Source: an uncultured Coprobacillus sp. (GTDB taxonomy: Bacteria > Bacillota_I > Bacilli_A > ML615J-28 > CAG-698). From it: a stretch of DNA of 64,000 bases. The stretch covers positions 7,468 to 71,467 of the forward strand of contig CAYLPZ010000006.1 of the NCBI GenBank assembly GCA_964385755.1, in the 5' to 3' direction. Both the position numbers and the translations under genes were made by a program. The notes below the pieces were generated by a model, which was given only the letters and a program-made list of their open reading frames with translations, ran no database searches and was not told where the DNA came from. This document shows positions 28,813 through 38,603 of this stretch, in pieces. Position 1 is the stretch's first letter. The number at the start of each line of letters is the position of its first letter.

Positions 28813-29790
28813 TTATTTAGATAATTTTTTATTCTCCTTAATTAATAATTCAATAACTTTTTCAACATTTAAATGTTCATTTACAGCACTAAAATTAATT
28901 TTTATTCTATGTCTTAAAATAGGAAATGCCAATGCATCAATATCATCAATTGAAACATTATAATTACCATTAATTAATGCACGAATTTTACTTGCGGTAA
29001 TTAAAGCTTGACAAGCACGAGGTGATGCACCATATTTGATATATTTCTTAGCTGTTTCGCTTGTTTTTTCAATTTCAGGATGAGTGTTAGCAACTAAATT
29101 CATTGCGTAATCTAAAACATCTTTCGCAATTGGTACTTCTTTCGCAATTTTTCTCATCTCTAGTATTGTTTTTCCATCAACAACTGCTTCTGCTGTTTCA
29201 TCGAGTGTAATTTGTGTCATATTTACTATATTTGCTAGTTCCTCAGGTTTTGGAAATTCCATAATAACTTTAAACATAAAACGGTCCATTTGTGCCTCAG
29301 GAAGTGGGTAAGTTCCATCTTGTTCAATTGGATTTTCAGTTGCAAGGACAAAGAATGGCTCACTCATCAAGTGAGTTTGTTTACCAACAGTAACTTTATG
29401 TTCTTGCATAACCTCTAAAAGTGATGATTGTGTCTTAGGTGTTGCACGGTTTATTTCATCGCCCAAAATAAGGTTGGCAAAGATTGGACCTTTTTGGAAA
29501 ACTGTATTCATTTTTCCATTTTCATCTTTTTCGATTATATTTGTTCCAGTTACATCAGAAGGCATTAAGTCTGGTGTAAATTGAATTCTTGAAAATGGTA
29601 AAGATAATACTCTACTTAAACTTCTTACAAGACGAGTTTTTCCTACTCCAGGAACACCTTCTAGTAAAACATTCCCTCCAGCAATTATTGCAATGATCAC
29701 GCTATCAATAACATCATCTTGTCCAACTATATCTTTATGAATCTCATTTTTTATTTTTTTTACTGTACTGCTAAAAACTTCAATTTCCAT
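28813..29790 (-). CDS. moxR: MoxR-family AAA+ ATPase (MoxR proper)
   Basis: LLEGVPGVGKT, RIQFTPDLMPSDVTG, LGDEINRATPKTQSSLLEVMQE, ATENPIEQDGTYPLPEAQMDRF, GASPRA. Confidence 0.95.
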   Translation of the reverse strand: MEIEVFSSTVKKIKNEIHKDIVGQDDVIDSVIIAIIAGGNVLLEGVPGVGKTRLVRSLSRVLSLPFSRIQFTPDLMPSDVTGTNIIEKDENGKMNTVFQKGPIFANLILGDEINRATPKTQSSLLEVMQEHKVTVGKQTHLMSEPFFVLATENPIEQDGTYPLPEAQMDRFMFKVIMEFPKPEELANIVNMTQITLDETAEAVVDGKTILEMRKIAKEVPIAKDVLDYAMNLVANTHPEIEKTSETAKKYIKYGASPRACQALITASKIRALINGNYNVSIDDIDALAFPILRHRIKINFSAVNEHLNVEKVIELLIKENKKLSK

Positions 29791-29793
29791 TTT

Positions 29794-31221
29794 TTACTCC
29801 TCGTCTTCTTTTATTCCAAATAATATATCATAGTAATATTCAAAATATTCTTTTAATTCTTCAGGTATTTTTCCTTCTTCTAATCTTCCTAAAATATCAT
29901 TTTGATATTTAGAAATAACATCGCTAAACTCAACCTTTCCTTTTTCAGGATCAAAAAATGAATCATCACTACCAAAGATTATTTCACCAGTACCATAACC
30001 ACCAGAGAAGTCACCATCTTGTGGTGGAGTATTATTTTCTGGCTTTTCTGGTTTTTCATGAGTAACATCTTGACTACCTTCACCCGTATTATTATTAGGA
30101 TCATCTTCATACAAGCTAAATATATATCTTAATTGACTAATAATGTAGTTTGTAATAGATTCATTCATCTTTTGATTTACTGCTGAATTTAGTATTTTCT
30201 CTTTTTCTAAAGAAACGACATTACATACTTCTGTGAATATATCACTAGAATTCTTAGTTACTAATAACTTATCATTAAAGTCAACTAATACTCTATATAA
30301 TTCATCTTCTTTATTGATATTTGATGCTTTTAGAAGCTGTCCAAACTCTATATCTAAGAAAGTAATAGCTTCACTACTTCCACCAATTGTTGTAATAAAT
30401 CCATCAATCGCATTATTAATTGCATCAATATCTAAATCATTAATCTTAAATGCTAGAGTAGTGACTAAAGCGTAATTAGATACTTTTAAAACTTCAAATA
30501 TCTCATTATTTGTATTAATAATATCAAGTTTTAAAGTAATATCCTCAATCACAGTTAATACTGCTGTTTTCATTTCGCTTTCTTTATCAGATTGTTTTAT
30601 TTGTTCTACTAATGTATTAAGTTTTTCTATATCATAAGTTTTTAAATCTTCTTGTAAAGAAGATTCTTCAACATATTTAATTAAATCTTTAAGCGCAATT
30701 AGTGTCCAATCATCAACATTGTAATCTGGATCAATTATCACAATTTCTTCTTCTTTAGGAATAGAAATCGCGGTAATGCAAACAGTTATAGATAATCCAA
30801 AAATAACAAACAAAATAGCACTAAAACGCATTGTTAGGCGTTTTAATGAAATACTTTTAAGTATGTTGTTAGTGTTTTCTCTTTGTTTATTAATGATTAA
30901 TCCTTCTTCATCTTTAAATTCGATCATTGTTTGAACTTTTTCTGCTAAACCTAATCTATTATCGATTTTTTTCGCAGCCTTTTTATCATTTGGTTTTAAT
31001 ATCAAAAATAATACTGTAAAGAGTGCGAAAAACACTCCTAGACCAATGATAATTAAGTAAAGTACATTAAACTTTATTTTCGATAACTTAATGATTAAAT
31101 AAGGTATCGAAAAAGACAAAATTCCGAGTGATGAAGATATTATTAAACATTTAAGAAATACTTCAAGTATAATCTTTCTTTTAAATTTTTCAAATATCTT
31201 TTCCATAATATATTCTCTCAT
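29794..31221 (-). CDS. Membrane protein with three TMs and a long helical C-terminal region (MoxR operon accessory)
   Basis: Three hydrophobic segments; AAKKIDNRLGLAEKVQTM resembles the accessory genes in MoxR/VWA operons; translationally coupled. Confidence 0.65.
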   Translation of the reverse strand: MREYIMEKIFEKFKRKIILEVFLKCLIISSSLGILSFSIPYLIIKLSKIKFNVLYLIIIGLGVFFALFTVLFLILKPNDKKAAKKIDNRLGLAEKVQTMIEFKDEEGLIINKQRENTNNILKSISLKRLTMRFSAILFVIFGLSITVCITAISIPKEEEIVIIDPDYNVDDWTLIALKDLIKYVEESSLQEDLKTYDIEKLNTLVEQIKQSDKESEMKTAVLTVIEDITLKLDIINTNNEIFEVLKVSNYALVTTLAFKINDLDIDAINNAIDGFITTIGGSSEAITFLDIEFGQLLKASNINKEDELYRVLVDFNDKLLVTKNSSDIFTEVCNVVSLEKEKILNSAVNQKMNESITNYIISQLRYIFSLYEDDPNNNTGEGSQDVTHEKPEKPENNTPPQDGDFSGGYGTGEIIFGSDDSFFDPEKGKVEFSDVISKYQNDILGRLEEGKIPEELKEYFEYYYDILFGIKEDEE

Positions 31222-33179
31222 TATTTATTTTCTAATAGTTTCAATATTTCATTTTCTAGTTTTTCTTCATCTAATGAACTAACAATTACATTTCTAATTA
31301 TTCCCTCATCATCAATAATAATTGTATACGGGAATGTATCTTTACCACCAAGAGCATCATAATATGATGCACTATCGCTATCATAACCAAATAAAATTTC
31401 AAAATCATTAAATTGTTTATCAATATAATCCTTAACTCCTTGAGGGTCACTAGCATATAATGCTCCTTCGTGGATCGCAATTACTGAAATTTCATCTTTG
31501 TATTTTTTGTATACTTTATTAAAGTGTGGTAATTCTTTTACACATGGAGTACATGTAGTAAACCAGAAATTAATTATTGTAATCTTACCACGATTTTCAA
31601 ATACACTAAATTCTTTATCTGAACCTATAATTGAAATTGATTTATTAATACACAAATCACCTATTTTATTTCCTATTGATATTCCACTAATTGAAGTTAC
31701 AATTGTTGCAAGGAATTCATTATCTGTGATTAATTTATTTTCTTTTATTTGAATCTTATTATCTAAATCTATGTAAACAGAATATGGATAGAAAGCATCT
31801 TTCACAAATGATTTCAATAACTTATTATTTTGATCTTTTGCAACTTTTATATTATCTATTTTTTTACTGATATCATTATTAGTGATAATAATAATATCAA
31901 GTTTTTCTTTTACAACCTCATAATTAGCATATGATGATAACTTTTCTGCTTCAACGCTATCAATATCATCATCAAAATAAAGTAGTGAAGCTTTGTTATG
32001 ATTCTCATAAACAGTTCCATCATTTAATGTAATTGTCACATGACAAATATCTGATATTTCATATATTTTCTTTTGGACATTTGCATAAATCAAAGCAGCA
32101 ATTAATATTACATTTAGAATAATACCAAATGCTAGTTTAAATCCTCTTTGTTTTTTCTTTTCTTTAATTAAAGAATTTGTATTTATATTTTCAGTATCAT
32201 TTTTCTCACATTCAACTGAAACTTCTATTCCTTGGTCTTTTAATCTTTCAAGTTCTAATTCATGATGTATTTTCTCTTTGATGTGTTTCCATTTGATGGC
32301 ATGATTATGACAAACATCAATACACTCACCACACTGAATACACTCTGAATCCCCTACTGTTTTGATGTCCATTTTACAATGAGCTACACAAGCTCCACAG
32401 TTGTTACATTTATCCTTTTCTACTTTAACACCAATTATTGCAAGTTTATTAAATATTCCATAAATCGCACCAAGTGGGCAGAAGAAACGACAAAATACTC
32501 GGTATACAAACACTGAAGTAACAATAAATAATACTAAAAGTGCAAATTTCCAAGTAAATAATCCTCCAAGCATTGTAAAAAATGGCGTATTATTTGGATT
32601 AGATAGTAATGCTATTGCTCCTTCAAATGTACCAGCTGGGCAAATGTATTTACAAAATGCGGGAAGAGGAATGTTAGCAGTTTGTAAAGCGTATATAAGT
32701 GGTAATATTATTACAAATACAGCTAATATTACATATTTTAGATACGATAAAGCTTTTGTTATTTTACTTTTCTTAAGTTTTGGAGTTTTAATTTTATACA
32801 ATAACTCTTGACCAAGGCCAACAGGACATAGCCAACCACAAATCGTTCTACCAAAAATAATCATATAAAGTAGCAAAATACCTAGAAGATAAGTAGGTAG
32901 TTTTGTTTTACTTTCTGCTAAAGCATTCTGAAGCGAACCTAAAGGACAGGCCCCTATCGCACCAGGGCATGAGTAGCAGTTTAATCCAGGTACACAAACA
33001 TTTTTCGTTGCTTTTTTAAATATTTCACCAGAAATAAAACCCTTAATATGTGCATTGTAAAGTAAGGCGGCATAAAGCTGTATCACTTTTCTTTTAGATG
33101 GTTTTATCTTAGTGAAGAATTTCTTAATTTTACTTTCTTTTTTATTTTCTAAATTATTTAATTTATTACTTTCCATCAT
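31221..33179 (-). CDS. Membrane 4Fe-4S-binding protein (NapH/MauN/RdxB-like) fused to a degenerate redoxin and a TlpA-type redoxin
   Basis: CVPGLNCYSCPGAIGACP, CGWLCP, CKYICP, CRFFCP, CNNCGACVAHC, CIQCGECIDVC; then a TM and INFWFTTCTPCVKELP, FPYTIIID. Confidence 0.85.
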   Translation of the reverse strand: MMESNKLNNLENKKESKIKKFFTKIKPSKRKVIQLYAALLYNAHIKGFISGEIFKKATKNVCVPGLNCYSCPGAIGACPLGSLQNALAESKTKLPTYLLGILLLYMIIFGRTICGWLCPVGLGQELLYKIKTPKLKKSKITKALSYLKYVILAVFVIILPLIYALQTANIPLPAFCKYICPAGTFEGAIALLSNPNNTPFFTMLGGLFTWKFALLVLFIVTSVFVYRVFCRFFCPLGAIYGIFNKLAIIGVKVEKDKCNNCGACVAHCKMDIKTVGDSECIQCGECIDVCHNHAIKWKHIKEKIHHELELERLKDQGIEVSVECEKNDTENINTNSLIKEKKKQRGFKLAFGIILNVILIAALIYANVQKKIYEISDICHVTITLNDGTVYENHNKASLLYFDDDIDSVEAEKLSSYANYEVVKEKLDIIIITNNDISKKIDNIKVAKDQNNKLLKSFVKDAFYPYSVYIDLDNKIQIKENKLITDNEFLATIVTSISGISIGNKIGDLCINKSISIIGSDKEFSVFENRGKITIINFWFTTCTPCVKELPHFNKVYKKYKDEISVIAIHEGALYASDPQGVKDYIDKQFNDFEILFGYDSDSASYYDALGGKDTFPYTIIIDDEGIIRNVIVSSLDEEKLENEILKLLENK

Positions 33180-33182
33180 ATT

Positions 33183-33950
33183 TTATCCTAATCCTATACA
33201 CTCAGTACAAATATTAATAGCTTTATTTAAAACATCAGTAGCTCCACCGTTAATTATTCCTATGATAATTAAAGTAATAGCAAGACAAATAATACATACT
33301 CTAATTATTAATAATTTCTTATTATCATTTTTAATATTTTCTTGATTATTTGCTTTTCCATTCTTATTAATAATCACTTTTATTAATTCAATTGATCTTA
33401 ATGCACTTTTATTTTCATAATAAAAGCAAATAATTAAACTAATAAAAGAAATTACTACCCAAGGCAATAAATGTATAGTCATTTCAACAGCTTGTTTTGC
33501 AAGATTTCCTTGAGAATTGAAATGATTAACATTTAATAAATAAAGTAGACCCATACATGAGCATAGTATAATTATTATTATGTTAATAAGCCAAATATTC
33601 TTTCTTTTACTTTCTTCTTTATTTAACAAAAATAAATCATTATCATTATCAATTTTTGGACACATACCTTCATATATTTTAAGTTTTGCAACATTTGTAA
33701 TTTTACTTACGTTTAAATCTTTTGAATTACTTAATTTATGGTAAATATAACTAGCAATAATTAATGCTACCCAAATTAAAATAACTGGAATAATTTGTAA
33801 AAGATATTTTCCACATATTTCAGCTGTAAATTCTTTTTTGTTACCATAATATATTCTAAGTATTTGAATAATAAAAACTATACCCATTAAAATTGTTTGA
33901 ATTGATACAAGAGATTGAAATAATTTATATAATTTCTTATTTTTTTCCAT
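33183..33950 (-). CDS. Polytopic membrane protein ending in a CD1871A-type CxxC tail
   Basis: About five TMs; C-terminus IGIINGGATDVLNKAINICTECIGLG, immediately upstream of the 4Fe-4S gene. Confidence 0.7.
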   Translation of the reverse strand: MEKNKKLYKLFQSLVSIQTILMGIVFIIQILRIYYGNKKEFTAEICGKYLLQIIPVILIWVALIIASYIYHKLSNSKDLNVSKITNVAKLKIYEGMCPKIDNDNDLFLLNKEESKRKNIWLINIIIIILCSCMGLLYLLNVNHFNSQGNLAKQAVEMTIHLLPWVVISFISLIICFYYENKSALRSIELIKVIINKNGKANNQENIKNDNKKLLIIRVCIICLAITLIIIGIINGGATDVLNKAINICTECIGLG

Positions 33951-33981
33951 TGTATTCTCCTTTCATATATTAAGAAAAGAA

Positions 33982-34001
33982 GGGCCTTAAATTTAAGGCC
34001 C
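33982..34001 (-). terminator. Strong intra-operon stem-loop
   Basis: Perfect gggccttaa-at-ttaaggccc hairpin followed by ttcttttctt on the minus strand. Confidence 0.65.
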
Positions 34002-34011
34002 CTAATTCTTT

Positions 34012-37000
34012 TTATTTATTAACTGGACCTACATATTTATAATAGTAGCAAAGTTTTAACCATGATTCTTCAATTCCTGCAAATAGATATTTATTAATGA
34101 TTAACCATAATACATCAGCAAATTTCTTATCTACTTTAACGCAGCCATAAAGCTCACTTGCTTCATCAGTTATTTTGTTATTTTCGATATACTCTAAAAC
34201 ATACTGTGTAAAATCATAATTTATATTTCCTTCAGGGCGTTTTACATAAGTATACCCATTTTCTTCTGTATATTCACCTTCACCAACTTGCTCTACATAG
34301 TATTCATTACCTTCTTTATCAACACAAACATAGTAACGATGAATATTATTTTCTTCATCTAAAATTGTCATTCTGAAATAATCTTCTTCATCATAAATCA
34401 TTTGACCATATGAATCTTTGTTGAAGTTAAATCCATCATATCTTTCTGAAGCAAGCACACTTAGTGATACTCCTAAGAAACCTACCATATATTCAACATC
34501 ACAGTAAACAAAATCATCTGAAGCATTTGAGTTAATAACATGATAATAACCATCTTCACCTAGCATTACATTGATATGATTTCCTGAAATGATATCAGAC
34601 ATTTCCCCATCAGATGATGTAAAGTATCCAGGAGATGCAAGAGTAAATAATTCTATTCTTTCTCCAACATAAGAAATTGCAACATTTATTGTATCATATA
34701 GTGTTGGATCATAGAAACCCGCTCTAAATAAATATGTTTTTCCTTCTTCTAAGTAAACATAACATTCAAAGTTTGGATCTAGGTTTTCACCATTGCTCAT
34801 TTGAATGAAGTATTTTCTCAATTCAGTTTCTTGTTCATCAACTGCAACACCTTCGTTATCACAAATCCAAGCAGCAGTTTCAATTTCTCCAGTTGAATAG
34901 AATTTATACGCTCCTGATTTTGATGCAGTAAATCCAAAGATTAAACCTCTTGGAAGAATTACACGATCAAATACACCAGAAGCTTGAGCAGGAGAATTAA
35001 TACCATCTCCTTCAAGCATAATTGGTTCAAAGTAACATACACCAATTGTAGGAACACCAAGTTCAACTCCATTTGTACCATACGCATCATAATATACACA
35101 TAACTCAAGCCATTGATTAATGTTATCTCTTGCATTCTCATGGCCTAAAGCTTTTGCTATTTGTTTTAATGCATTAGCAAGTTCTTCAGTTACTGGAGCA
35201 TATCCAACAGTAGAATTATGAGCATAAACTGAATATTTTTCAACAATATCAGTGTAATCTATTCCATCAAGACCAATACATAAACCTTCAAGAGATATAG
35301 TATATAAATCAGAATTACTCCACTTTGTACCGCTTAACATATCAGCTAAAAGTAATGGTCCATTTTTAGTATTAACATGATAATATCCATCTACTTCATT
35401 ATAAACAACTTGTGCATATTTTGGATATGCCATTGTAAGTTCATTATGTTGTCCAATTGCACACTCTCTAAAAATATATGTTTCTTTATCAATGTCTTCT
35501 TTTTTGATAATACGTAAATTAGTTACATAGATGCTATCATCACCACCATTATAAGATGAGTCTTTCATATAACAAAAACCAACTTCAAATGATCCATCTT
35601 CATTTGCAACATATGAATAACATGTATCCCATGCAGAACTTTGTCCAGAAATCTGTGCAACAATAGTTTTATCAAATGTAACATAAAGAAAATCATATTC
35701 TTCACTTGATGCATAATAATCAAATGCAAAGCCTTCACCAGCTTTTAATGTCACATTAACATATACTATTGAATATGATGGATGTTTGTCTTGATTAGAT
35801 GGTTTAATACAGTCTTTTCCTTGATAATTCGTAACAACCCATGGCCAAGAGAAATCTTTATCTTCTTCGTTATATTCAGGGCGATACTCAGTGCTAAATT
35901 TTGAGCCATCATAATTTGTTCCGCTTGCTGCTTGTTCTAATTTGCTAGATTCTTCTTGTGTAATATCAGGTTTTTGATATGTTCCACCTTCACTAACTTG
36001 ACCAGTATATGCAGGAAAATAATCTTCAGCAACATATCTATCAAATGTTTGTGTCCACTTTTCAGTAGCTGTTTGTGCACCTTTTTCAATTTGTGCAATT
36101 AATCCATAACTATCAATTATAACTGTTGTAGGATAATTAGTAACACCAAACATTAGTGTTAATCCTGGTTCCATTGTTAAATTTGTTGGATCACAATCAT
36201 AGTCTGCGGCAACAAAGAATGTAATGCCATTTGCTTCTTTATAATTTGTAATTGAAGCTAAAGTATCGCCATTACCCGCAATCATTGGGTTAACAGCAAT
36301 AATCGCAACTTCATCTTTATAATTAACAGTTTCATTATTAGTATTAGTATAACTTGACTCATAAGCATTTACCATTGCTGGGAACTCATATTGACAGTAT
36401 GCACAAGTAGAAAACCAGAAGTTTAAAATTACTACTTTATACTCTTTTAATAATTCATATAATTTCAATTTATTATTATCTGTATCAGTAAGTGTAAAAT
36501 CATACATTAAATCACCTACTTGATATAAATGACCTTTTTCAGCAATTATTCCTTCTAAAGAGTCAAGTTCGCAAACAACTTCTATTGGAGTTGCAAGTAA
36601 ATCAGTTTGATACATTTCTTGATTTAAATAATAACCTTCACGACCTTCAACCACAACATCATATTTATTAGGCTTTTGACTAGTTGTAAAAGTACCATCT
36701 GTTTTTGTGTAGCCTTCATCAACAATATCATCACCTAAATAGAATGTAACGTAAAAATCAGCTAATGGTTTCCCAGCAATATCCTTAACTTTTATACTAT
36801 AATCTAAGTTCTGTGGGTCAACAATAGGTTTATCATCTTTCTTTTTTGTTGTTATTTGTAAGATTGTCTCACATTCTTCATAAGTAACTGTAATAGTATA
36901 TGTTCCTTCATTTTTAAGATTTTCATAATCACTTGAAGAAACCATCTCTTTAGTAATATTAATTTTCTCACTACTATCGTCAGACTTAATTACATTAATT

Positions 37001-37170
37001 TTAATTGAAGTAATTTTTTGATCTATTTCATCTACATAAATATACTCTGGAACAGAATCTTTTACTACTTCAATGCTCACAACCTTTACATTATCATCTT
37101 TACAAGCACTTAAAGAACATAATGAAATTAATGCTAACAATAGTACAAAATATTTAATAAATTTTTTCAT
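34012..37170 (-). CDS. Large lipoprotein with Ig-like, transthyretin-like and TlpA/redoxin domains plus two copies of an uncharacterised domain
   Basis: Lipobox LSAC; redoxin ILNFWFSTCAYCQYEFP and YPTTVIIDSYG; repeats GYYHV..VTEELANAL..WLELCVYY and GYYHV..VDKKFADVL..WLKLCYYY. Confidence 0.8.
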   Translation of the reverse strand: MKKFIKYFVLLLALISLCSLSACKDDNVKVVSIEVVKDSVPEYIYVDEIDQKITSIKINVIKSDDSSEKINITKEMVSSSDYENLKNEGTYTITVTYEECETILQITTKKKDDKPIVDPQNLDYSIKVKDIAGKPLADFYVTFYLGDDIVDEGYTKTDGTFTTSQKPNKYDVVVEGREGYYLNQEMYQTDLLATPIEVVCELDSLEGIIAEKGHLYQVGDLMYDFTLTDTDNNKLKLYELLKEYKVVILNFWFSTCAYCQYEFPAMVNAYESSYTNTNNETVNYKDEVAIIAVNPMIAGNGDTLASITNYKEANGITFFVAADYDCDPTNLTMEPGLTLMFGVTNYPTTVIIDSYGLIAQIEKGAQTATEKWTQTFDRYVAEDYFPAYTGQVSEGGTYQKPDITQEESSKLEQAASGTNYDGSKFSTEYRPEYNEEDKDFSWPWVVTNYQGKDCIKPSNQDKHPSYSIVYVNVTLKAGEGFAFDYYASSEEYDFLYVTFDKTIVAQISGQSSAWDTCYSYVANEDGSFEVGFCYMKDSSYNGGDDSIYVTNLRIIKKEDIDKETYIFRECAIGQHNELTMAYPKYAQVVYNEVDGYYHVNTKNGPLLLADMLSGTKWSNSDLYTISLEGLCIGLDGIDYTDIVEKYSVYAHNSTVGYAPVTEELANALKQIAKALGHENARDNINQWLELCVYYDAYGTNGVELGVPTIGVCYFEPIMLEGDGINSPAQASGVFDRVILPRGLIFGFTASKSGAYKFYSTGEIETAAWICDNEGVAVDEQETELRKYFIQMSNGENLDPNFECYVYLEEGKTYLFRAGFYDPTLYDTINVAISYVGERIELFTLASPGYFTSSDGEMSDIISGNHINVMLGEDGYYHVINSNASDDFVYCDVEYMVGFLGVSLSVLASERYDGFNFNKDSYGQMIYDEEDYFRMTILDEENNIHRYYVCVDKEGNEYYVEQVGEGEYTEENGYTYVKRPEGNINYDFTQYVLEYIENNKITDEASELYGCVKVDKKFADVLWLIINKYLFAGIEESWLKLCYYYKYVGPVNK

Positions 37171-37192
37171 TTTTTACTCCTTTTTATAATGC

Positions 37193-37429
37193 TTAATTTA
37201 GCCAAAAATATATTATAACCATTGCTATTAGAAAGCAAAGGAGGATTAATAATACTCTAGGTAAATAAGCTATTAATGCGGACATAATTATTTGCCTTTT
37301 TTCTTCTTTAGAAACACTTACATTTGTTTCTTCATTTGTTTTTTTTCCTCTACTCCAATATGCGTCAACATTCATATTAAATATTGTATGACCATCATCT
37401 TCGTATTTTCTTTGTTTTTTCTTTTTCAT
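37193..37429 (-). CDS. Small membrane protein
   Basis: 78 aa, YEDDGHTIFNMNVD motif and a C-terminal TM; coupled to oppF (1-nt gap). Confidence 0.6.
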   Translation of the reverse strand: MKKKKQRKYEDDGHTIFNMNVDAYWSRGKKTNEETNVSVSKEEKRQIIMSALIAYLPRVLLILLCFLIAMVIIYFWLN

Positions 37430-37430
37430 A

Positions 37431-38600
37431 TTAGATTTTGTCTACCATTGATAATTTCTCATTTATTTTTTCTAAAGTGATTTTTATCTTCTCATTATTT
37501 TCTTTTTTATCAATGTTTTTATTTTTTTTGTTGTTTTCCAATTCTTTTAACTCATTGTTCAAAGCATCAAGTTCTAAAGAAAGTTTATCATATTCTTCTT
37601 TCTTATCAATTACTTCTTTATCAAACAAATGGCAAGCAACAAAATGATTTTGAGTATTTTCAATATATCTAGGTTGCTTTAATGCACATACTTTCATACA
37701 ACTTGAGCATCTTGTGTGAAACTTACATCCTTTTGGTGGATTAGCTGGAGATGGAATATCTCCTTTTAAAATCACTCTATTCATTTTCACATCAGGATCA
37801 GGTACTGGAACAGCACTAAATAATGCCTTAGTATATGGATGAAGAGGGTTTGCAAATAAATCTTCTGTATCACCATATTCCATAACATTTCCTAAATACA
37901 TAACAACAATTTGATTAGTGATATATTTTACAACAGATAAATCATGAGAAATAAATAAATATGTTAATCCCATTGTATTCTGTAAATCTTTAAGTAAATT
38001 GATAATTTGAGCTTGAATAGATACATCTAAGGCACTAACTGGTTCATCACATATTACAAGTTCTGGATTAACTGCTAATGCTCTTGCAATACAAATTCTT
38101 TGTCTTTGCCCACCACTAAACTCATGTGGATAACGATCATAATAATTAGGATTAAGACCGCACTTTTTCATAATATCAATAACATAATCAACTACTTTAT
38201 CTTTAGGTACAATATGATGTACTTTTACTGCTTCGCCAATTATATTCCCAATTGTCATTCTAGGCGATAAACTAGAATATGGGTCTTGAAAAATAAGCTG
38301 CATTTTAGTACGATATTTCATCATTTCTTTTTTTGATAGTTTAGTAATATCTTCACCATTAAAAATTATTTGTCCACCATCAGCATCATAGAGTTTAAGA
38401 ATAGTTCTTCCTAAAGTAGTTTTACCACAACCACTTTCACCTACTATACCAATAGCACTACCCTTCTTCACTTTAAAGCTAATATCATCTACTGCTTTTA
38501 AATATTTTAACGGTTTTCCAAATAGATTTTTGTCTATCACAAAGTACTTTTTGACATTATTTACTTCTAAAATATACTCTGGTGTTTGTCTATTTTCCAT
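37431..38600 (-). CDS. oppF: Oligopeptide ABC transporter ATP-binding protein
   Basis: GESGCGKTT, QLIFQDPYSSL, YPHEFSGGQRQRI, ICDEPVSALD, oligo_HPY domain (HPYTKAL; CKFHTRC), coiled-coil tail. Confidence 0.92.
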   Translation of the reverse strand: MENRQTPEYILEVNNVKKYFVIDKNLFGKPLKYLKAVDDISFKVKKGSAIGIVGESGCGKTTLGRTILKLYDADGGQIIFNGEDITKLSKKEMMKYRTKMQLIFQDPYSSLSPRMTIGNIIGEAVKVHHIVPKDKVVDYVIDIMKKCGLNPNYYDRYPHEFSGGQRQRICIARALAVNPELVICDEPVSALDVSIQAQIINLLKDLQNTMGLTYLFISHDLSVVKYITNQIVVMYLGNVMEYGDTEDLFANPLHPYTKALFSAVPVPDPDVKMNRVILKGDIPSPANPPKGCKFHTRCSSCMKVCALKQPRYIENTQNHFVACHLFDKEVIDKKEEYDKLSLELDALNNELKELENNKKNKNIDKKENNEKIKITLEKINEKLSMVDKI

Positions 38601-38603
38601 ATC

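Noticed and set aside
31221-37170. Selenocysteine recoding or read-through in the redox motifs
   Set aside because: All CxxC motifs are encoded by Cys codons and the frames contain no in-frame TGA
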